Assembly (NCBI GenBank): GCA_951406725.2 | Contig: OX597832.1 | Location: forward strand, 8,556,001-8,620,000 | DNA length: 64,000 nucleotides | Source of the DNA: Octopus vulgaris | Taxonomy: Eukaryota | Direction of reading: 5' to 3' | Shown: in pieces, positions 55,076 to 64,000 of the stretch | How positions within the stretch are numbered: the first letter of the stretch is position 1 | Layout: every line of letters begins with the position of its first letter | Translations under genes and position numbers: made by a program | The notes under the pieces: generated by a model | The model's database searches: none | What the model was told of the DNA's origin: nothing | The model's input: only the letters and a program-made list of their open reading frames with translations

Positions 55076-55162
55076 TCTCGAAGAAACTTTAGGCTATAGT
55101 CTCCGTCACTAAGCCAGGTGTGTAATTCTACTTCTTGGTATAAGATTCTTTTTTAAAAAAGG

Positions 55163-55272
55163 AATGTTTTATCAGCATTTGATGAAAAAGAACTGTTTTA
55201 TCCACATTGGATGAGAAAAAGAACTGTTTTATCGGCATTGGATGAAAACAATCTGTTTTATCAAGTTGGATG
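55163..55272. repeat. Minisatellite, ~4 copies of a ~30-bp unit
   Basis: Unit ctgttttatc.gcattggatgaaaaagaa. Confidence 0.85.
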
Positions 55273-56745
55273 CGGTAGACCCTACCGCCAATGATACTAA
55301 TATGAATTTCAGGAAAGTCCTTCACAATTCAAAATATGTATTTGAAGTACTAACATGCATATGGAAAACGTACAAATTTAAGTTTAAAATAATAATTCAT
55401 GCTATTAAATAAATAACCGATGGTTATGAAGGTTTAAGAAGTTATGGCATTTCCACCGGATAATTAACTGAAGATGATTCTTGCTATTTTCACTTTTGAT
55501 AGCAGGTTTCTGTTGTACGTCGTACCTTTCGGTCATGCGCCCATAAACCAATGGTTTATTCATTTTCCACATTAAATATACGTCTCTAGCTATAATGATA
55601 TCTCTAAGACAAGATTATATTTTATGATGACTGTAGAAATTCAATGTAGCCAAGTTTAACTCAATTGAAATTGGCGTTCGCCAGTTTCTATCCGTCTTAA
55701 TATTAGCAACTTTATAGCTAAATGCTTTTCCTCGGCACTTTCAGCTCTCAGCAATTTCTGTTGCAGCATTTCTTACTCATGATAGCCACTTTACACTTCT
55801 TTAAACTTTGTGCACTTCAAATATTGCACTCAGTTTACATTTAAACAACTATTACTGTGAAATGAAATCTACTATTTGACGTAGCAAAATAAAAAATAGT
55901 GATGCCGGCTAAAGTTGAATGCAGAACAAATACTTAAAATACTGAAAGAATAAAACGAAACACACAGATAAGACACATCCAGCATGAATGAACATTAATG
56001 AACTAAAAATATCAATTAGGAAATCACCATTTGCGTCGTGAGAAATGGATGGCATTTAATTGTACGCTACACCGAGAGTAAGAGACAGAAGGTTGAGTGA
56101 AAGCGAAAGTAAAAGACAATTCGTGAAACTGGGAAAAGAGATATGTGATGAAATAAAATAAAATTAGAGATCAACAGTGGTCAGAATTTGAAAAGGAACT
56201 TGGAGAATGGATTTGACTACGACGACAAAATATGAACAAAAAATAAACCGTTGCTTAATTTCAAAAATGATCTTGGGGAAAGACAAAGTTTGAGATTATT
56301 TGGTGCACGTATGATAACTTCATCAGTATGAGAAGTATTTTCAATAAACGTAATCCGTTTTCGACCTCATTTATCATAAACATTTTCAACAAAGCTAGAC
56401 AATATTGTGAAAAGTCAAACGTAATGGAATCAAAATACAAGAAGAATTCACATAAAAAGTGCAATTTTCATGGATTCCCACAAGCTATTATAACATAAAG
56501 CGATCTCTATTAGAATTATGTCTAGAAAACAGAACATTTATGTATATAGCATTTGGTTCAAGCCTTTGTTTTCGGAGATAAAACGACCGAACGTGGGGCC
56601 ATATTAAAAAATGTACCTTCCAATAACACTAACCCTATCTCTCAACCTAACATACCTGCATGCATACTGGCATACATAGATACATACATATACATATATG
56701 CATACAAACACACACACACACACACGCAAACATACACACACACAT

Positions 56746-56786
<41 letters not shown>

Positions 56787-57109
56787 ATTTTTAAAATTGT
56801 TTAATGGCTTATTAAAACCTTTCTCACTTTACTCTGTTTAACCCGTTATGATTCTCCCATTATTTTATATTAATTACCACGTATATACATTTGTTTATAA
56901 AAGATTTGTATTTTACCCTCTCTTATTCATATCGCATGCCTTATTAATTCAATGACTATATAGTATTATAAACTCAATATTTATTTTGTACACAACGGGA
57001 CAACTGTATAAACCCATCAATAACGAATCTATATTGGATACTGGAAACAAATCTGAATCAAATTTACTACAATAACGGAATAAATAATGCCCATTATATA
57101 TGCCGTGTC

Positions 57110-57146
<37 letters not shown>

Positions 57147-57149
<3 letters not shown>

Positions 57150-57552
57150 TTTACTCTTTTACTTGTTTCAGTCATTTGACTGCGGCCATGCTGGAGCACC
57201 GCCTTTAGTCGAACAAATCGACCGCGGGACTTATTCTTTGTAAGCCCAGTACTTATTCTGTCGGTCTCTTTTGCCAAACCGCTAGCTGACGGGGACGTAA
57301 ACACACCAGCATCGGTTGTCAAGCAATGCTAGGGGGACAAACACAGACACACAAACACACACACACACACACATATATATATACATATATACGACAGGCG
57401 TCTTTCAGTTTCCGTCTACCAAATCCACTCACAAGTAATTGGTCGGCCCGGGGCTATAGCAGAGGACACTTGCCAAAGATGCCACGCAGTGGGATTGAAC
57501 CCGGAACCCTGTTGTTGGTTAGCAAGCTACTTACCACACAGCCACTCCTGCG

Positions 57553-57554
<2 letters not shown>
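57147..57554 (-). mobile_element. Full-length tRNA-derived SINE inserted in (TA)n
   Basis: GGCGCAGGAGTGGCTGTGTGGTAAG (A box), GGTTCAATCCC (B box), tail aagtaaaagagtaaaaga; fragments at ~2930-3155, 28935-28990, 41650-41760, 59250-59412. Confidence 0.9.
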
Positions 57555-57595
<41 letters not shown>

Positions 57596-57598
<3 letters not shown>

Positions 57599-57850
57599 CA
57601 GTGCCCAGGTGCACTACAACTAAGAGAAAGAATTAAACCATCAGGTGTACTGTTGCCGGATTTCAGGAAACATGGAAGTTTTCGAAGGATGTAGTCTCTC
57701 GACAGCGAGCAACTGATGCGGGAAGTTTATTCCATGCTTCAGCAATTCTGAGCGTGATGAAATATTTCCGAAAGTCATGGGTGCTGTGCCATGTTTTTGA
57801 TTTTCTAAGCATGTCCATGAGTGTTAGACGTATCGAAATGAAAAAGGTGC
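57596..57850 (-). mobile_element. CR1/L2-like LINE 3' end
   Basis: HSTHDFRKYFITLRIAEAWNKLPASVA..SFE matches R..FF..RV...WN.LP..VV.....FK. Confidence 0.8.
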
Positions 57851-57984
57851 CCAAAGCTGTTGTTGGAAAGATGGTGTCCACCAAGCTAGTTGCCAGATGT
57901 CTGACGGTGAGTATTCGTTATGGTGCACGTTTCAGAACAGTTTCCTGGTATTTTTATGGTGATCAAGATAGGGATTCCAGACTG

Positions 57985-58015
<31 letters not shown>

Positions 58016-58805
58016 CATCCACACACGAACACACACACATACACACACACATAGACACACACACACGCACATATGCATTTGCGTATATATCATATACGTA
58101 TGTGTGCGTATATGTATGTGTCTGTGTGTGACTAATTTGTTGAATAGTGTTTAGAAATCAAATAAGGCAAGCTATTTAGATGGAAAAACCACAGAAATTG
58201 AAAAGTAATAAAAATAAAGGTATATAACAAAGATAATTACGTGAAAGCAAAACTAAGACAAATATATGCATTATAAATGAAGGAAATGAAAATACTTCCA
58301 GCATTTAACACGTAGAGAACGTATTAACTTATAAAAAATTACCGAAAGCAATGGCGCCACTTGGTGACAAATTACGTCTTGTTTTTGTCGACATACTATC
58401 TTTTCATGGAAAAGTCATTTTAAATTACTTAAAAGCAAAATAGTAAAAGCGTATCAGTACGTAAATAAGTTATTAAAGAGAAGTATGAGAGGCGTTATTA
58501 ATTACAGTGAGCATTTCTGTATTTGAAACAGGCTAAATCAAGAATGATCACTACTTTTCCTTATCTGTAACATGAAAAGGGTAATTCTTCGAAATAGAGT
58601 GCATACATATATACATTTTGTGGAAGTGTACCTCTAAGTATAATTCGTAACGGATGTTTTAATCCTAAACACGTATCGTAGTACGTTGCTGCATATACTA
58701 TTATAAGGTGTTAAAAGAAATAATGGAATCCAGAACAACTACCTTACTTTATGTAAGGTAATAATTTCTATAAAATTATGACATTTCTAATACTTCTTCA
58801 CAAAA

Positions 58806-58992
58806 GCAAGGCGATGAGCTGACAGAATGTTAGCACAGCGGGGAAAAAATGCTCACCGGTATGTCATTCGTCTTTGCAATATGAGTTGAAGTTCTGGTGT
58901 GGTCGAATGTGCCTTTCATCCTTTCGGTGTCGATAACATAAGTACCAGCTGAATCTAATCGACTTTGTTCCTTCCATAAATCTGCTGGTCTT
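58806..58992 (+). mobile_element. SINE (OR-like)
   Basis: aaggcgatgagctgacagaatgttagcac..gcctttcatcctttcggtgtcgataacataagtaccag. Confidence 0.8.
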
Positions 58993-59602
58993 TTCATGAA
59001 AGTTATATTCCATTATTATATTGAATGATTCACCGTAGATTCGTTAATTCAAAGTTATAGAGACTTATGGTGTGCATAAAACTGTAATGTGTTTATATGA
59101 CATGAATTTATTTTCCGAATTATAATTCTGCAGGAATTGATTTTGTACATTCCAGCTTTGGTTATTGATAAAATATCCAAAGATTTGCGTTGATTTCGAT
59201 TGAAGAGACTATATATCTTCGTAATTTTGTTTCTTAAAACAACCATTTAGGACGGGTTTCTTTTAGTTTCCGTCTAAGAAATCCACTCACGATGTTTTGG
59301 TCGGCCCGATTCTATAGTACAGGGCACTTGCACAAAATTCCACGTTGTGGGACTGAATCGTGACCCATGTACTTGGTGAGAAAGCTTCTTAGAGCACAGC
59401 CACGCCTGCGCCAAATACATTAGCAGAGTATTTGGAACATTGATATTAGTTTGCTACAATGTAATGCTGATACAATTGCATTTGAAACCATATCTATTCG
59501 AAATTTGTTTTCTGGCGGTGAGGCCCTTGGCTCTATAAGCAGTTACATTTCTTTTACAGTTAAGTTAAAAATAGAACCTGCACTCATTGCTAAATATGTC
59601 TA

Positions 59603-59680
<78 letters not shown>

Positions 59681-59813
59681 CATAAACATACATGTGTATG
59701 TGCGTGTGTATATTGTATTTGATGGTCAGATATTCTTTCGTGCAAGCGTCTCCTAAAATTTCTTTCTTAGTACTATACTGCCTGCATCAGTGGTTGGTTG
59801 TGTGCATGACTTC

Positions 59814-59963
59814 GATTATTATTTATAAATACATATACTTATGATAACGTTATCTACAGCCATTCTGATTACACCAGCGTTTCTATATAAGATACTGGTG
59901 ACCAGATGATTATTATTTATAAATACATATACTTATGATAACGTTATCTACAGCCATTCTGAT
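59814..59963. repeat. Perfect 56-bp direct duplication around a 38-bp spacer
   Basis: 59814-59869 is identical to 59908-59963. Confidence 0.92.
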
Positions 59964-60374
59964 CTCCTGAGTAAAATGTTGATTTCCTGCCGCCAGATGT
60001 CACTGTCTCGCATTGTCATCAACATGTAACTTATATGACTAATATAAATGTATAAATTACGTTATAAATTTCCTAATGTAATATGTATTAAGCCAAATTT
60101 TTTGCTTGATATTAGGAGATAAAAAAAATTATTTGTAACTTTAGCAGTGAAACCTTGCATGGAATTTCTATATAATGATATGAACTATTATTTTATTTCC
60201 TTATAGCAATCATTCAATTTACAACATTGCTCGCATTTTCTAATTCTCCATTTGCGATTAAAAAGTTTTGTTCTAGGATTTACAGGATTTGCTTTCGTAA
60301 GAATTTTATATTACCGTAAAATAAATATATTTATAATAGTCTCTAAATGCGAAAGATAATGAAAAACGTTACAT

Positions 60375-61060
60375 ACACTGTTGGTTAACACGTATTTGCT
60401 GTTCACATTTTTGGAATTTAAGAATTGTATTATATGTGGAATAATTCAAACAGACTGTCTCTGGGTATATTGCAAGATTTCCTCGTTTTCGATTGTAAAT
60501 GGGGAGTTTGGTAAACGTTCGAAATTTTTTGGTTATAATATTCAACGTTCTCACTATGGTGACTGTATGTGTGATTCGTGTGGACATCATTTCAGGAAAA
60601 GTCAGCTCCTAATGATTCAAACTGATTATGAACTTAAGTAAACAGAATCGGAGGGAACTTATATTGAACTGAATGGCCTTGAGGCCAAGATAATAGTTAA
60701 TCTGCTACACAATGTGATACCATCCATTGGCTATGGAGGTCTTATTTCGGTTTTTAATTTTGCATGGATTTAGGCATTTTGTTCAAGATGGAGGTAACTT
60801 TTTATCTCCGTTCAACATGTTCATTACTATGGATAGAGATATAAGCACGAGTCAAAGCCTATATTTATTTACCAGCAATCCTGAAAGTAAGACAAAGTCT
60901 ATTTTAAAGTCCTAAACATAGATGGTTGTTATTATTCTTTCTTTGTCATATTTCATCTAATATGCCTAAAAAGAAAATCATAGAAATTTATGTTTCGACG
61001 TGGTTAATAAATCAGGCATTTTTTCAACCGATAAACAAAATTTAGATACGAGATATTAGA
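60375..61060 (+). pseudogene. Protocadherin-like relic (EC1-EC3)
   Basis: YLLFTFLE..IICGIIQTDCL, SFSIVNGEF, TESEGTYIELN, FVQDGGN..FITMD..SQSLY..SIL, LSYF, DVVNKSGI in cadherin order; stops and deletions. Confidence 0.45.
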
Positions 61061-61105
61061 ACGTGATTTGAGAAAATCTGAGAGTTAGTAGTTTTCCAGA
61101 ATGAG

Positions 61106-61150
<45 letters not shown>

Positions 61151-61154
<4 letters not shown>

Positions 61155-61462
61155 AAAGCAATTAAGATTCAAGTGAGTTCTGTTGAATTCACATGAATGC
61201 GGTACTTAACTTAGATGCACCAGAAATCTATACGGTATTAACCATAAGATAATGCGGGGTGATTATACACAAGAAATAAGCAACAAAAATGGATCAATAT
61301 TTCGGTACAATTGTTTCGTACGAAGACCAGCTTTATTAAGGCTGCAAATATTGCAGCAAATGCAAGTGACCCGTACTCATCAGCCGAAAAAACATCTGTG
61401 TTCTCCAAACATCTAAGGGGGTGCGGCTACACTCCTGAAACATCAGAAATAATTCTATAAAA

Positions 61463-61466
<4 letters not shown>
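61151..61466 (-). mobile_element. 316-bp hammerhead-bearing PLE/retrozyme-like insert in (TA)n
   Basis: Unique block between two TA tracts, containing the ribozyme at 61300-61389. Confidence 0.7.
61300..61389 (-). ncRNA. Canonical type I hammerhead ribozyme with extended stem II
   Basis: Minus: tttcgg-CTGATGA-gtacg-[insert with gctgcaa-tat-ttgcagc hairpin]-cgtac-GAAAC-aatt-GTA-ccgaaa. Perfect core, 6-bp stem I, palindromic stem III, GUA site (between 61306 and 61305). Confidence 0.88.
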
Positions 61467-61545
<79 letters not shown>

Positions 61546-61736
61546 GTGGAGTAATCGCTTAAATGAGAAACACGGTGGAAAAAATAGTACTCAAGTACCA
61601 GAGGTAGAGTAATGTGCTTTATTTAAAAGCATCAGAAATATAACAAAAGCAGTTATTCAGTGTTTCACGTTCCCGTTCGTCGGATAGATTTTTTTAACAA
61701 AACTGTCCGGCGAACAAGAACGTGAAACTCTGATAA
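61546..61736. mobile_element. PLE pLTR-like segment with two head-to-head degenerate hammerheads
   Basis: 61546-61690 is the reverse complement of 62816-62963; minus copy CCGACGAacgggaacgtGAAAC at ~61650-61690, plus copy CCGGCGAacaagaacgtGAAAC at ~61700-61736. Confidence 0.72.
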
Positions 61737-61892
61737 TTATATGGTTATTGACGATTAAGTCAATTTCGACATATTTGGCATTGAATTTTTTTTCTTCTTG
61801 CCCTTGTTTATAAATGTAACCTTTAAAGGTAATGCTTTTTAATATGCTGGTAATTGATATAACTTTTTCGAAAATTTTATCCTATATGAGAT

Positions 61893-61951
<59 letters not shown>

Positions 61952-62299
61952 AACATACGAAACACTCAGACTTTGAGTCACTCTGTTACTTCTGAATATT
62001 AATAAAAATATACATATACTCACCTTTGATTTCTATTTTTTTCCTGTTTGCATTAACATAACTTTTCTTCGTGTCTACATAATGATGAACTCTATCGGCA
62101 GAGTTCATCAAAATGAACTCTACTCTGATGCCACCATGGGAAGTAGCATATATAAAAATAAATATACGCATAACATGATACCGTAAGTAATTAGCACACA
62201 TGTATGCTCTTGTGTAATCCTCTGCGTTTGATGTATTGAGTCAGCCTCTGCTGACTAATGTTTCTGATGAATTTACACCATACATGCAATTACACATTT

Positions 62300-62593
62300 T
62301 GTAGTCTATTATTGTGAAAATTTCACCTACTGTGGCTACAAGAGTATACATGAATACACTTAGAGATATACATATATAACCCACCCACACCCACACACAT
62401 CAAGATATATAATGTTAGATAGTAAATCGTATGGTATACACCTGGTAGCGTACGACAAAGAATACCCACATTCACAGTGTTCGTTGAGTATTCGATGAAT
62501 GAGAGATAGGAAATGAAAGCATAATGGTGTAGTCTATTATTGTGAAAATTTCACCTACTGTGGCTAAAATGATTATACATGAATACACTTAGA
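62300..62593. repeat. ~65-bp direct repeat, period 228
   Basis: tgtagtctattattgtgaaaatttcacctactgtggcta..tatacatgaatacacttaga at 62300 and 62528. Confidence 0.88.
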
Positions 62594-62819
62594 CATGATA
62601 CATAGTATAACCCTTAAGAAGGAAACATCAGTTATATAATGAGAAGCCAAGAAATATCACATGATGAGACGTATCTACACTGTACAGAACTGTGTAATTC
62701 GCAGTATAGTCTCCCATCCACGAAGTAGCGATGCAAGATGTGCCGAAACGGTCGTTGTGATAAATAAAGTTTCCAGTATATTCTATCTTCCGTATCAATT
62801 CCTTCTAATTTATATAAAA

Positions 62820-62857
62820 CTGTCTGATGAACGGCAACGGGAAACTCAGAGTAACAG
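62820..62857 (+). ncRNA. Minimal type I hammerhead ribozyme
   Basis: ctgt-CTGATGA-acg-gcaa-cgg-GAAAC-tc-a-ga-GTA-acag; stem III actc-a-gagt near-palindromic; GUA site after 62853; one stem II mismatch. Confidence 0.75.
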
Positions 62858-62963
62858 ATTTTATTGAATGAATTTTCTGCTGCTTTAAATAAAGCATATT
62901 ACTCTACCACTGGTATTTGAGTACTCTTTTTTCCACCTTGTTTCACATTTATGTTTACTCCGG

Positions 62964-63037
<74 letters not shown>

Positions 63038-64000
63038 ATGAATGTATATATATATATATATATACGTGTGTGTGTGTGTTTCATTTTGGTGCTGCGATAC
63101 GAATAACCTGATGATATAACTCAATATGCATATGCTTCAGTATAAAGTATTAGCCTAGTAGTACTGTGTGTAATAAGAAATAAAATAAAATAAACGACGC
63201 CGTAACAGGAATATATATGATGAACATCATTAGCTCTCAGCTGTTTCCGCTATAAGATGCAATACATTCATAGCTGGTTGCTTGTTAGGAACCTTATACA
63301 TAATCACGTTCATTAGTTATAATTTCTTGTTCCCTTGTTTGTATTTAAATATGTATATACATACATATATATGTGTGTAGATAGGCAAATATGTATATAA
63401 TTATACGTCTACATATATACATACATACACGCGTACATACATAAATATATACTTATGTGTCCGTTTATAAATGGGATAATGTGCGAGCAATGATACCAAT
63501 CAGATAAATGGTAATATACGTAATTTATAGAAATTTCACCGAGAAAAAAACAGGAAATATGTTGTTTATTACCCACTATAAAATGATTATGGCATCATTT
63601 CAAGACAGTAAGAATAACTTTCTTAAGACATTTGCTTGTTCGTATAAAATAAAATGGCAAACACAAAGCCAAACGCAAAACTGACTATTTTTGGGAGGGA
63701 ACAATTACAGAGGATTGTTTCTATCTGACTGTATTAATTGAAGTATAGCAGTGTTCTGCACATGAATAACAGTTAAGAAAAAAGAGAAAAAAACCCACAA
63801 ATATGAAGAGACTAACGCATATTTTGGCAAACGATATTTCACGTAATTAAAAGGCAAAAAGAAAGAGAAAAATGTTTAGTAAGCACCTCAGGTGGTTCAA
63901 TGGCATTAGCTGAATAATTAATTTGAAGCGCGATGAATTCAATATTCCGTACAGTAAATCCTTAATTTATCGAAATTTCTTGCTGAGATAAAATATAAAA

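Larger units (their letters stand above)
53920..55860 (+). pseudogene. Protocadherin-like relic interrupted by SINE and minisatellite
   Basis: MLDFHI..TVTDE..DN (~54240-54295); DGYEGLRSYGIS..TEDDSCYFHF (~55419-55496; cf. DNGIPSL..DENDNAPYFTF); MTVE and hydrophobic LSAISVAAFL (~55745). Confidence 0.4.

Noticed and set aside
55163-55272. ~30-bp repeats resembling a CRISPR array
   Set aside because: Units are contiguous with no unique spacers, no cas genes, eukaryotic context; a minisatellite.
57480-57554. tRNA-like A/B boxes (also 257-300, 29720-29789, 48730-48800)
   Set aside because: Heads of tRNA-derived SINEs continuing into SINE bodies; no complete cloverleaf.
63240-63260. Minus-strand GAAACAGCTGA half-hammerhead
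   Set aside because: No matching CUGANGA half found; at most a remnant.

Overview
AT-rich, microsatellite-dense animal genomic DNA. The SINE families, (TA)n/(AAT)n load and cadherin-like relics point to a coleoid cephalopod, most likely Octopus (inference from recalled repeat families, no search run). No intact protein-coding gene is visible, and most ORF-track entries are microsatellite translations. The window holds: (1) decayed DNA transposons (a DD37D maT/Tc1-mariner, a hAT/hATm-like element with TIRs, a 172-bp non-autonomous Helitron); (2) non-LTR retrotransposon debris (a nest of R4/Dong-like fragments in (AAT)n at ~32.6-40.6 kb, RTE and CR1-like 3' ends, Penelope RT and GIY-YIG fragments) and many tRNA-derived SINEs; (3) at least five unrelated families of small (TA)n-embedded elements carrying type I hammerhead ribozyme motifs with palindromic stem III, including a 357-bp tandem unit, a permuted ~500-bp monomer and a fully canonical ribozyme at 61300-61389, i.e. 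Penelope pLTR/retrozyme-like elements; (4) about seven heavily eroded, intronless protocadherin-like ectodomain relics on both strands, suggesting a pseudogene graveyard of the cephalopod protocadherin expansion. Boundaries of degenerate elements are approximate and were read by eye.
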